DNA of 64,000 bases. Origin: an uncultured Phycisphaerales bacterium (GTDB lineage Bacteria; Planctomycetota; Phycisphaerae; Phycisphaerales; SM1A02). The stretch spans positions 1 through 64,000 of the forward strand of contig CALKEP010000054.1 of assembly GCA_938084645.1 (NCBI GenBank), in the 5' to 3' direction. A program made the translations under genes and the position numbers. Numbering within the stretch: the stretch's first letter is position 1; every line of letters starts with the position of its first letter. Below the pieces are notes generated by a model that had not been told where the DNA came from, made no database searches, and saw only the letters and a program-made list of their open reading frames with translations. This document shows, piece after piece, positions 50,835 through 64,000 of the stretch.

Positions 50835-52475
50835 ATGCACGAACGTCATGATGGACCTTCTCGTCTGATTTCGCTCGGGGCCTGTTTCATGGCCGCGGTC
50901 GGCGGATTCCTGTTCGGCTACGACATCGGCGTGATCTCGGGTGCGTTGCTTTCGATCGAACACGAGTTCGACACGTCCGACTTCGTCGCCGAGCTGATCA
51001 CCGCAGGCGTGTTGGTGGGGGCGATGATCGGCGCAGCGATGGGCGGGGTGCTTGCGGATCAGCTGGGTCGAAGACGCTCCAACATGGTCGCGGGTGTCGT
51101 CTTCGCGGCGGGTGCGGTCTTTCTCGGCTTCGTACCCGATACCGACTGGCTGATCGCGGGCCGCGTCCTCATCGGCGTCGGCGTGGGAATCGCGAGCGTC
51201 GTCGGCCCCCTCTACATCAGCGAGACCTCTCCGGCCGACAAACGCGGGGGGCGAGTGAGTCTGTTCCAGTTCGCGATCGTCTTCGGAATCCTCGCCGCCT
51301 ACGTGGTCGACGCGTTCTTCACCGGCGTTCCCGATGGCTGGCGATGGATGTTCGCGCTCGGTGGCGTCCCGGGAGTCCTGCTCTTCGTCGGGTTCATCGG
51401 CATGCCCGCGAGCCCCCGATGGCTCGTCATGAAGCGGCGGACCGAGGAAGCGGAGACGGTGCTGCGGCGTCTCATGCCGGCGGCCCGGGCGGACGAGGAG
51501 ATCGCCCGGATCAAACAGGATGTGGCCAGGGCCTCTTCCGGCCGACGGGTGAAGCTCGCGGATGTCCCCGGGATCCGGCTCGCCCTGACGGTGGCGGTGG
51601 GCCTTGCGATTCTCCAGCAGTTCATCGGCATCAACACGATCCTCTTCTATGCACCGATCCTCTTTCACCATGCTGGTTTCAAGACCGATGCCGCGGCCTT
51701 GTCCGCCACCGTCGGACTCGGTCTCGTCAACCTGCTCGCGACGCTGGTGGCGCTTCGTTTCGCGGATCGGGCCGGTCGACGACCCCTGCTGCTCTGGGGA
51801 ACCGCGGGCATGACCGTTTCACTCATGGTGATCGCGATCGGCTTCGCGATCATGGGCGATGCCGATCCGTCGACCTCGATCTCGAAGGCACCGCATACCG
51901 GTCACACCCCGGCCGCGGCGAATCATCATCTCGCGACACCCGACGCGTCGACGAATTCCAGCACCTCCGCGGCTTCCGTCCAGCCGATGACCACGGCGAC
52001 TCCCGCGACCGATGACACCGCGAAGCCTCCGGCGCCGATCGATCCCACCGCGACCGGCGAGCCGATCTCGCTGCTCGCAATCCTCATCCTGGCCTTCACC
52101 GCGTTGTTCGTCGCCTGCTTCGCATTCAGCCTCGGCCCGATCACCTGGACGATGATCTCGGAGATCTTCCCGAACGAGGTCCGCGACCGATGCGTCTCCA
52201 TCGCCGCCGGGGTGAACTGGGGATCGAACTTCGTCATCTCGCTGACGTTTCTCTCGCTTCTCGACTTCTTCGGCCCGGCCATGACCTTCTCCGCCTACGG
52301 CCTGATCGGGCTGGCGGGATTCCTCTGGATCTGGCGGGTGATCCCGGAGACGAAGGGATACTCCCTCGAGGAGATCGAAGACAACCTCGCTCGAGGCAAC
52401 CGGACGACATGGTTGCCGCCGAAGGGCGGCGGAGCTTCATCAAGCCCCGGGTCGCCGAAGACCCCCGGATCCTGA
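50835..52475 (+). CDS. MFS sugar porter (GalP/XylE/IolT-like)
   Basis: GGFLFGYDIGVISGA, DQLGRR, YISE, LQQFIGINTILFY, DRAGRR, SEIFP, PETKG.SLEEI. Confidence 0.95.
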   Translation: MHERHDGPSRLISLGACFMAAVGGFLFGYDIGVISGALLSIEHEFDTSDFVAELITAGVLVGAMIGAAMGGVLADQLGRRRSNMVAGVVFAAGAVFLGFVPDTDWLIAGRVLIGVGVGIASVVGPLYISETSPADKRGGRVSLFQFAIVFGILAAYVVDAFFTGVPDGWRWMFALGGVPGVLLFVGFIGMPASPRWLVMKRRTEEAETVLRRLMPAARADEEIARIKQDVARASSGRRVKLADVPGIRLALTVAVGLAILQQFIGINTILFYAPILFHHAGFKTDAAALSATVGLGLVNLLATLVALRFADRAGRRPLLLWGTAGMTVSLMVIAIGFAIMGDADPSTSISKAPHTGHTPAAANHHLATPDASTNSSTSAASVQPMTTATPATDDTAKPPAPIDPTATGEPISLLAILILAFTALFVACFAFSLGPITWTMISEIFPNEVRDRCVSIAAGVNWGSNFVISLTFLSLLDFFGPAMTFSAYGLIGLAGFLWIWRVIPETKGYSLEEIEDNLARGNRTTWLPPKGGGASSSPGSPKTPGS

Positions 52476-52690
52476 TCGACCGGAGCGTCGCTCACCCCCG
52501 GACGCGGCCGGAGCCAGATCGTCGAAGATCATGGCCAGCCCTGTCGGGGCATGTCATCTGCCGCCGCCACGACCTGGAACCGGAACCTCGGCGCCTCGCC
52601 CATGTCACTTCCCAGCCGGACCGCCCCGGACCCGGACCGGCGGATCGTGCGGCCTTCGATCCGAAGCTCATGGCGAGATGATGACGTCGC

Positions 52691-52731
52691 AAAAAAGCAA
52701 CAGCCCCGTCCACAAGTGAACGGGGCTGTTG
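52691..52731 (-). terminator. Rho-independent terminator of the 16S transcript
   Basis: Minus strand caacagccccgttcac-tt-gtggacggggctgttg followed by ctttttt. Confidence 0.85.
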
Positions 52732-52906
52732 ATATCAGCAAATGATTCGGACTGCCTTTGGCCACATGTCACCATGTAGCTATCTGCACACCTCGACCCC
52801 ACTGCATACCGCAAGCGGCAGCAGGAGAAACGAAATGGACACGCAGACGAGGATAGTTTGACGATTTCACCTTCCAAGATCGCTCTTGGATGGAGTCTAA
52901 GGAATC

Positions 52907-54404
<1,498 letters not shown>

Positions 54405-54758
54405 GTGTTCGATAGACGATCCGAGGATCGTCGTAACTTTCGAAGGTTTGCCTGGTTGACCGCACCGTCCGAAGACGACGCGGCCGGTCTTCACCAACTT
54501 CAAGATGTGATTCCGAGGAAACACAGTTGGTGCCGACAGGTGGCAAACCTGCCGGAATCGGTTCATGGACATCCACACCTGCCTCACCCGAAGGTTCGAC
54601 ACGTATGAAATCCCTTGAAGGAAAATAAACTTGGTATCACAAGGATGTCCATCGGAAGGCCCGGCTGTGTGGGCCATCCGTTGGGATTGCGTCTCGGAGA
54701 CCTGTTGTGAGCAGATCCACGAGCCGCTCCATCCTCGCGGCGTGTCCGAATCATTCAC

Positions 54759-54770
54759 TTGTCAAAGAAG
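54759..54770 (-). promoter_or_regulatory. rRNA leader boxA-like antitermination site
   Basis: CTTCTTTGACAA on the minus strand, about 45 nt downstream of the predicted transcription start. Confidence 0.65.
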
Positions 54771-54820
54771 TTGGTGGCCGGAGCCACCCCCCAAAGCGTT
54801 TCGCAATGGGGAGACGAGGC

Positions 54821-54848
54821 ATCCTACGGAAACCTCAACCCGTGTCAA
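54821..54848 (-). promoter_or_regulatory. Sigma70-type rRNA promoter
   Basis: TTGACA-N16-TAGGAT followed by a GC-rich discriminator (gcctcgtc); 16-bp spacing is typical of rrn promoters. Confidence 0.8.
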
Positions 54849-55077
54849 CCCACACGCCGAGCAAATCTCGGGGGTTCGGGGTCGAATACAAGCCTGATCG
54901 CCGGTCGGACCGGTGGGTGGGCCTGCAGAGAATCGGATTTGGCTGATAAGAAAGCGATTTTTCGCCTTCTGGTGGCCATTCCCAAGGTATACGCGATTCG
55001 CCGGCCCATGGTTCGTGCCTGTGGGACGAACCTTCGAGGATTCTGGATTTGGCCTGGAATCGACAATGATTCACCAT

Positions 55078-55878
55078 CTATCCACGACGATCGCCGGTGC
55101 CGCCCCGTGAACAGGCATCTGCTGTGTTTCCGCGGGCCACCACGACGGCGTGCACCTCCGCGACCCCGTGGACTCGAAGCAGCGAGGCCACCCCGGAAAG
55201 CGTCGCCCCCGTGGTGCAGACGTCGTCGACCAGAAGAACGTTCGCCATGCATCGCAGGGACGGTCCGGCGAGCCGGTGGGTGCGAAACCGCGCGCCCCTT
55301 CGACGTCGTTCGGCCCCATCGAGTTCCACCTGCGTCGGCGCCCACCGACATCGCAGCACATGACGGATCGGCGCGCGAAGTTCATGCGCGACACCCTGCG
55401 CAAGCACGCGGGTGTGGTCGATTCCGCGGTGCCAACGTCGCCAACCGCAGGTCGGCACCGGGACGATGATCGGCCCCCGACCGTTCGACGAGTCCGCCAT
55501 CGACCCCGAGATGCTCGCGGCAGCCTCCACCCCGAGCCTCCGGCCGAGAAGCTCGAGCGGCAACGACCACGCTTCGTACTTCGCGGCGGCGACGAGCGAT
55601 CCAAGACCGTCGGCATATCGGCCGAGCGAGACCATGGAATCCAAGCCCCGGGGGAGCGCCGGATCTCGATCGGGCGTCGCGCGTTCGTCCGAGCTCGTCG
55701 CATCGCCCGGCGTCACCGGCCTCGTCATGTGACGCGGATCAAGCGCCTCGTCGATCACCGCATGGAGCGCCCGCCCATAGGGACGCGTGGTTCCGACGAG
55801 CAGTTCGATGACCGCCGCGAGTCGCCGCGCGGCACGCTCGCGGAGGCGACGCCGGTCAAGACGATTCGATCGCATCAC
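55078..55878 (-). CDS. ComF-family phosphoribosyltransferase-domain protein
   Basis: KY, IVPVP...RRWHRGIDH, VLLVDDVCTTGATL, VVVAR. Confidence 0.85.
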   Translation of the reverse strand: MMRSNRLDRRRLRERAARRLAAVIELLVGTTRPYGRALHAVIDEALDPRHMTRPVTPGDATSSDERATPDRDPALPRGLDSMVSLGRYADGLGSLVAAAKYEAWSLPLELLGRRLGVEAAASISGSMADSSNGRGPIIVPVPTCGWRRWHRGIDHTRVLAQGVAHELRAPIRHVLRCRWAPTQVELDGAERRRRGARFRTHRLAGPSLRCMANVLLVDDVCTTGATLSGVASLLRVHGVAEVHAVVVARGNTADACSRGGTGDRRG

Positions 55879-56016
55879 GTGGCTCCGGCGCCCCCACTCC
55901 TCGAAGCGTAGCCGCGACGCGATCGCCTTCCCCGGTTCCGGCGGAAACGCGGCCGCGTCGTTCGTGACGCGTCATTGACCGAAGAACGCCCGCCGTCGCG
56001 AACCGTCGAGAAGAAG

Positions 56017-56051
56017 ACGAAGCCCCGGACCATCGCGGTCCGGGGCTTCGT
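56017..56051 (-). terminator. Terminator-like hairpin after acnA
   Basis: acgaagccccggacc-N5-ggtccggggcttcgt 15-bp stem, followed on the minus strand by cttcttct. Confidence 0.65.
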
Positions 56052-56085
56052 GGTGGTGCGGGGCTGGAGAAACGCCGGAACGGTT

Positions 56086-58827
<2,742 letters not shown>

Positions 58828-58952
58828 GCTGGCTCCGGTTCGGTGGACCACCGGGCCGGAAAGGCCTCGAAAAGCCCACGCTTCGTGACGAACCGGGGAT
58901 TCTAGCAGAATGCGGAAAGGAATCGCCGCGAATCACGCGGATGCCACCTGCA

Positions 58953-59888
58953 TCAACGCCGTCGCATGTGCACGTCGAGCCGTGGACCGGAGACCACGGA
59001 GTCGGGAGGTACGGACGCGGTGAGGAAGACACCGCCGTTGATGACGGATCCCCGTCCGATCACGGTGTCCTCGCCGAGGATCGTGGCGTTCGCATAGACC
59101 GTCACGTCGTCCTCCAGGGTGGGGTGCCTTCGATGGCCTCGACGGATCGAACCGTCCTTCTCGACCTCCAGCCGCTTCGCCCCGAGCGTGACGCCCTGAT
59201 AAAGCCGGCAACGGTCACCGATTCGCGTGGTCTCCCCCACCACCACACCGGTCCCGTGATCGATGAACATCCGTCGACCGACCACGGCACCGGGGTGCAT
59301 GTCGATCCCGGTCCGGGCATGGGCGATCTCGCTCATCATCCGGGGCACCAGGGGCACGCCGGCGAGGTGGAGTTCGTGGGCGAACCGGTGCACCACCAGG
59401 GCGGCGAGCCCCGGACAGCAGAGGATCGCCTCATCGAGGTGACCCATCGCAGGATCCCCCTCGAATGCCGCGACGGCATCCTCGGCCAGCAGGTCCCGGA
59501 TCGCCGGGATGCGGTCGAGAAATCGATCCATGACGGCGGTCGACCGGTCCCGAGCCTCCGACCGGGGGCAGCCGTGGCTTCCGATGGGGTCGTAGGCGAA
59601 CGCCGCCTCCAACTGCCCCCCAAGCATCGTGGCGAGCTCGTCGAGCAGATCGCCCACGTGCGACTCGAGCGCCGCGGGCTCGACCACTCGCGGCCCGAAG
59701 AACCCGGGAAAGGCCAGCCAACCCAGTCTTTCCACGATCCCCGCCACCACTTCCGCATCCGGCATGGGCGTGCCTGCCGTTCGATGGGACGCGGGATTCG
59801 AAACCACGGACGCGACCACGTCGGCCCGACGACGGGCGGCATCGGATGCAGGCGGCTTCGGGTCGGCCGATTTCGAGGCGTCGTTCAT
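58953..59888 (-). CDS. cysE: Serine O-acetyltransferase (CysE/EpsC type)
   Basis: GDPA, TGIDMHPGA, FIDHGTGVVVGET, YQGVTLG, RHPT. Confidence 0.9.
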   Translation of the reverse strand: MNDASKSADPKPPASDAARRRADVVASVVSNPASHRTAGTPMPDAEVVAGIVERLGWLAFPGFFGPRVVEPAALESHVGDLLDELATMLGGQLEAAFAYDPIGSHGCPRSEARDRSTAVMDRFLDRIPAIRDLLAEDAVAAFEGDPAMGHLDEAILCCPGLAALVVHRFAHELHLAGVPLVPRMMSEIAHARTGIDMHPGAVVGRRMFIDHGTGVVVGETTRIGDRCRLYQGVTLGAKRLEVEKDGSIRRGHRRHPTLEDDVTVYANATILGEDTVIGRGSVINGGVFLTASVPPDSVVSGPRLDVHMRRR

Positions 59889-59951
59889 CGGTCGCATCCT
59901 AAGGCGGCGATTCACCCGAGGTGGGCCCGCACGCAATCGACCCATGAAGAA

Positions 59952-59980
59952 GACGGCGGCCTCGCAGGGAGGCCGCCGTC
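59952..59980 (-). terminator. Terminator-like hairpin after the 60035-61789 gene
   Basis: gacggcggcctc-N5-gaggccgccgtc, followed on the minus strand by ttcttc. Confidence 0.6.
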
Positions 59981-60034
59981 CGTGATCCACATCCCGAAGC
60001 CACGCCCGATCGGGCTCGTGCGGCTCAGGCGGAG

Positions 60035-61789
60035 TCAGTTGTTGTTGCCGCCACGGCCACCGCCACGGCCGCCTTCGCCGCCACGGCCACCGCCGCGACC
60101 ACCCTGGCCGCCTTCGCCGCCACGGCCACCGCCGCGACCGCCCTGGCCGCCTTCGCCGCCACGACCACCACCGCGGCCACCGCGGAACTCCTCGATCATG
60201 GCGCGACGTTCCTCGTCACTGAGTTCACCGTCGCCGTCCTTGTCGAACCGCTTCATGAACTCGGCACGCTGCTCCTCGCTCATGCCGCCGCCGCCCCAGC
60301 CGCCGCCGCCGCGACCGCCACGCTGCGCGGGAAGGGCTTCTTGCTGCTCGGGGGTGAGCAATGCTCGGAGCTGCTCGACGTAGCGTTCGTCGATGCGTTC
60401 CCGGTCTTCGAGACCGTCGCGATACGGGTCGTCCTCGTCGCGATCCCGACGGCCACCACCCCACGGCATGCCGCCGGAGAAGTCACCGGACATCATGGAG
60501 ACCATGCGGGTGCCCTGAGCCACCTGATCGTCACCCTCGGACTTCCGGAGGGCGGAGACCAACGAGGTGTTCTTGGCGAGCAATTCGCTGAGGAACGCCG
60601 CTTCGAGGGTCACGATCGCGTCGAACACCTCCGCATCGAGCTCCTCGATCTCGCGAGCCGCGTCGAAGGAACGCTGGCCGAAGGTCGGCCGGTAGATTCG
60701 CTCGTAGGCCTCCTCGAGGAAGGCCATGTTGAGCATGTACTTCTCGTTCTCGTCGGCGATCACGTCGGCGAACTGCTGGCGGAAGTTGTCGTTGACGTTG
60801 CGAACGGCCTCGCGGTACTGGACCTGCTGCTTGAGGACCTTGGTCGCGGCGTCGACGTCACCGTCACGCATCGCCTTGTAGAGCCGGGGAGCGCTCGACA
60901 ACAGGTAGGCGTCCCGGTTGACCAGGGCCTGGTGGAGCTGGATCTCGTACTCGTCGAGCATGGCGTCGACGGAATCGAACGCGGCATCGGACAGTCCTGC
61001 GTCGTCGAGGACCGCGAAGAGGTTGACGCCCTCGCCGGAGAGTCGGGCCCGGGGGAGCGACTTCTCACGAACCAGGAACCGCTCGAAGGCGGGCCACAGG
61101 ACCAGCTGGTCGTCCGAGAGCTGGATTTCGACGTTGCCGACGAATTCGCCCTTCAGACGCTGCCGATTCGCGACCCACTCCTCGAGGATGTCGAGCATTT
61201 CGCCCATGACACCGCGGGCTTCGTCCATCGCACCGGATTCGACGGACTCCTCCATCATCTCACGGCCGGCGTCCTGCATCCGCTCACGCCAGAGGTCGCG
61301 CCGCTCCTCCTCGGACAATTCCTGCCCGTTCGCTTCCTGGATCTCCTCGATCTCATCGCGGACGCTCTGGGCCCGCTCCCGCATGCGTTCCCGCATGTCG
61401 CCCATGCCCCCACCGCCCATGAACGACTGCATCATCGCCCGGCCGAGATCCTGAAGGTCCGCCTGAACCATCTCGCTGCCTTCGCCGAAGGAGTCGGCGT
61501 AGTCCTCGATCAGGCTCTCGATGATCGCCCGCTGGCCTTCGTCGAGCTGAAGCTGCTCGGCGAACAAGGGGACGTCCCGTCGCGCGAAATCAGGCTCGAG
61601 CAGCTCGCGGATCTCCCGCATGCCGCCCATGCCCATGCCACCGCGACCGCCTCGACCGCCCCGCTGGGCGGCGGCGGTGTTCGAGAAATCGGTGGATCCG
61701 GTGATGGTGTCGAGGCCAATATCGCCACAAAAGACGGCGGCCCCGCCGATCAAGGCGGCGGCGAACGGACGAATTCGAATCCTGCTCAT
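60035..61789 (-). CDS. Exported helical hypothetical protein with EF-hand and RGG-rich termini
   Basis: Signal-like N-terminus; acidic helical core; FDKDGDGELSDEE EF-hand; GGRGGGRGGEGGQ repeats. Confidence 0.85.
   Translation of the reverse strand: MSRIRIRPFAAALIGGAAVFCGDIGLDTITGSTDFSNTAAAQRGGRGGRGGMGMGGMREIRELLEPDFARRDVPLFAEQLQLDEGQRAIIESLIEDYADSFGEGSEMVQADLQDLGRAMMQSFMGGGGMGDMRERMRERAQSVRDEIEEIQEANGQELSEEERRDLWRERMQDAGREMMEESVESGAMDEARGVMGEMLDILEEWVANRQRLKGEFVGNVEIQLSDDQLVLWPAFERFLVREKSLPRARLSGEGVNLFAVLDDAGLSDAAFDSVDAMLDEYEIQLHQALVNRDAYLLSSAPRLYKAMRDGDVDAATKVLKQQVQYREAVRNVNDNFRQQFADVIADENEKYMLNMAFLEEAYERIYRPTFGQRSFDAAREIEELDAEVFDAIVTLEAAFLSELLAKNTSLVSALRKSEGDDQVAQGTRMVSMMSGDFSGGMPWGGGRRDRDEDDPYRDGLEDRERIDERYVEQLRALLTPEQQEALPAQRGGRGGGGWGGGGMSEEQRAEFMKRFDKDGDGELSDEERRAMIEEFRGGRGGGRGGEGGQGGRGGGRGGEGGQGGRGGGRGGEGGRGGGRGGNNN
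60047..60185. repeat. 39-nt tandem repeat (about 3 copies) encoding GGRGGGRGGEGGQ
   Basis: Unit ccacggccaccgccgcgacc(a/g)ccctggccgccttcgccg repeated. Confidence 0.85.
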
Positions 61790-62058
61790 GGGCGTAAACC
61801 TTTTTCTTATCAATTCTTAGGGCGTGAATCGCGGCGAATCCGGTCGCCTCTCAACGAGTTGGAACGTCGATCCCCTCGATTTGTTGCCTGAAGCGGCCCA
61901 CCGGGGTCAAAACGCCGCGAAGGGCCAGGTGCTCACTCCCCCGATTTTGGCGGAACGCCCGATGGGATTGCCATTTCCGACCCCAACGACCAGAGGGTAC
62001 GAAAAAGTGGCCGACTCCTGCGAGTCGGCCACTTGGAAAATTCGGGATCAGGGGGGTG

Positions 62059-62631
62059 TCAGGCGGTTCGTCGTCGACGACCACCGACGAGCCCGGCGAC
62101 GCCGAGAAGGGCGATGGCACCCGGGGCGGGGACGGTGTTGATATTGAACGTGACATTATCGAGACCGACGTATGAAGGACGGTAGTAGTTATCCAGCACG
62201 AGCTCAAACGAACTGCCCATGACTGGATCAAGGTCGATCTCGAAGAGCGAGGAATCGCCCACAAAGTCAAAGTCGCCGGAGGCGACCAAGACACCATCAA
62301 CCAAGAAATCGTATCTCGCCGAGGCCGCGACTTCCCGGTATCCGGAGAGATTGAAGGACACGCCTCCGACCTCGAATCCAGCAGCAGCGAAGATCGCGAG
62401 AGATCCGATCGCGGGCCCTGGATTCTCCGAAGCGTGATCCCAAGCAAAGAGTACACCCTCGGTGGCGTAGCCATCGTTCCACCAATGCAGATTCTCAGCC
62501 GAGATGTCGTAGTTCTCGTTGAAACCGCCCCAATCCTCGTCCGAGGCGAAATCAAGCGTGACCGTTTCCGCGGATGCCGTCGCGGCAACCGCAGCCGCAA
62601 GCGTGGCGGCGAGTCGAGTAGTGCAGTTCAA
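62059..62631 (-). CDS. PEP-CTERM-like (VPAPG) sorting-domain protein
   Basis: Signal peptide ending ATASA|E; C-terminal VPAPGAIALLGVAGLVGGRRRR; probable TTG start after a purine-rich RBS. Confidence 0.85.
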   Translation of the reverse strand: MNCTTRLAATLAAAVAATASAETVTLDFASDEDWGGFNENYDISAENLHWWNDGYATEGVLFAWDHASENPGPAIGSLAIFAAAGFEVGGVSFNLSGYREVAASARYDFLVDGVLVASGDFDFVGDSSLFEIDLDPVMGSSFELVLDNYYRPSYVGLDNVTFNINTVPAPGAIALLGVAGLVGGRRRRTA

Positions 62632-62827
62632 GTCTGTCCCTTTCCCTGAGAAGACCAAATCTGAATGAATTGTCGATCCGGCAGCTACACACTGAGCTGC
62701 TCGGACTTCTCTAGCGTAAAGATGCTCTGGTTCCAAGCGGAATCAAACACGGCAGGGCAAATTCTCACGGATTGGTGTGGCAGATGCCGTCTTGCCCTCC
62801 AAACTCCACGTCCTATATTGTGTGCCC

Positions 62828-63598
62828 ATGGATCCGCAAGCGACAACAGCCACTAGGGATGGGGCCCCCACGGACTCCAAAGATGCCAAGGACCGGGCGT
62901 ATTACGCCCGGATCGCCAAGGACTATTTCCGCCGCCAGGACCAGCCAATCCAGCGGCTTTCCACTCGAATCGAGTCCTCCTGGCTCCGCGAGCAGATCCG
63001 CCCCGGCAGCCGGGTGCTCCTCGTTGGCGTCGGCGGCGGCCGTGAAATCGGCCCGCTCCTCGACCTCGAGTGCCAGATCACCGCGATCGACTACTCCCCG
63101 GAGATGGTCGAGGTCGGGCGAGTCCATTGGGAAGGTCGTCCGATCGAGTGGGCGGTGGCGGACGCTCATCAACTTGCGGAGTATGCCGATCGTTTCGACG
63201 TCGTCCTCTGCCTCGCGGCCTTGAACTACTTCGTAGAGCCTGGCAAGGCGATGGAAGCGATGGCCAGTTCGCTCGTCTCAGGAGGACGCCTCATCGTCTC
63301 ATCGATCAACGGTTCCCATCGGACCGAACATGGTTACACGGCGCCAGCGGGCCATCATCGAACACTGTTCAACCCGAAATCCCTGACCCGACTTGCCGAG
63401 GACGCCGGCCTGCGGCCCGAGCCGATCCGCGGTATCCGGATTCTCACTGACTGCCTCCCCGTCGCCTGGAACCGTCCGGGTGCCAAGCGACTCCAGTCCA
63501 CGGCCCTCAGGGCGATACTGTTGATCGAGCCGCTCCTTCGACGAATCGTGAGCCCCGAACACGCCAAGTTCCTGTGGTTGATCGCGACGCGACCATGA
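62828..63598 (+). CDS. Class I SAM-dependent methyltransferase
   Basis: RVLLVGVGGGR, AIDYSPEMV, VADA, FDVV, LVSGGRLIV. Confidence 0.85.
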   Translation: MDPQATTATRDGAPTDSKDAKDRAYYARIAKDYFRRQDQPIQRLSTRIESSWLREQIRPGSRVLLVGVGGGREIGPLLDLECQITAIDYSPEMVEVGRVHWEGRPIEWAVADAHQLAEYADRFDVVLCLAALNYFVEPGKAMEAMASSLVSGGRLIVSSINGSHRTEHGYTAPAGHHRTLFNPKSLTRLAEDAGLRPEPIRGIRILTDCLPVAWNRPGAKRLQSTALRAILLIEPLLRRIVSPEHAKFLWLIATRP

Positions 63599-64000
63599 TC
63601 GGCGTCGGTGCCATCGATGTTCGATCGAAACGCGCCCCTCAAGTTCGCGAACTCCTCCGCCTTGCCGGCCTGCAAGGACCATGGGGCGGAGATCCGCTCG
63701 GAGGTGCCATACTCGTGGTGGACGAGATCGGACCGCTCACGGTGCTGCGGGTGACACCGTTCAATGCGTCCGGCGGTCTCCCTCGGGAATCGAGCCAGAA
63801 GATCGGTCGCCGGGTGTCGACCGCCGTCATCCATCGAGATCTCGCATCGGGTCCACCGCTGGTGTTTCCGCTTCATACGCCGCAACAGTCCGATGTCGGA
63901 CTACCGAGGGGTACCGAAGCGACCCGCGTCCTCATCGCCCGGGAGGGCGGCGTCCTCGCCCGCGCTCATCGAAACGATGACATCCCGACCCTCGTCCTTG
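63595..64000 (+). CDS. Hypothetical protein, truncated by the window end
   Basis: ATGA overlap with the methyltransferase stop; frame stays open to the end (MIGVGAIDVRSKRAPQV...). Confidence 0.6.
   Translation, partial: MIGVGAIDVRSKRAPQVRELLRLAGLQGPWGGDPLGGAILVVDEIGPLTVLRVTPFNASGGLPRESSQKIGRRVSTAVIHRDLASGPPLVFPLHTPQQSDVGLPRGTEATRVLIAREGGVLARAHRNDDIPTLVL

Overview
A 64-kb chromosomal window from a high-GC (roughly two-thirds G+C by eye) planctomycete, most likely Phycisphaerales. The assignment rests on the 16S sequence, a VPAPG-type sorting tail, a 'CPADLDG' dockerin-like repeat and an H-x-DG prepilin-like protein. Most genes are housekeeping: leuS (partial), folC, hrpB, ribH-nusB-ftsY, an LptD-like protein, ruvB, galK, miaE, ltaE, tkt-rpiB, acnA and cysE. 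There is one stand-alone 16S rRNA gene with its own promoter, boxA and terminator and no linked 23S or tRNA. The strongest candidate for an undescribed system is a nonulosonic-acid operon (neuA-neuB-neuC) headed by a 1225-aa fusion of a Maf-type glycosyltransferase, a degenerate cytidylyltransferase-like domain and a cysteine-less radical-SAM/SPASM-like domain. The second is a ~180-nt rod-like structured RNA candidate plus intrinsic terminator upstream of a CBM2/dockerin-like/GH18 chitinase that sits divergent from a sugar porter. Several unusual protein architectures are also noted. No CRISPR array, transposase, integrase or tRNA was seen. All calls come from reading motifs by eye; no database searches were run.
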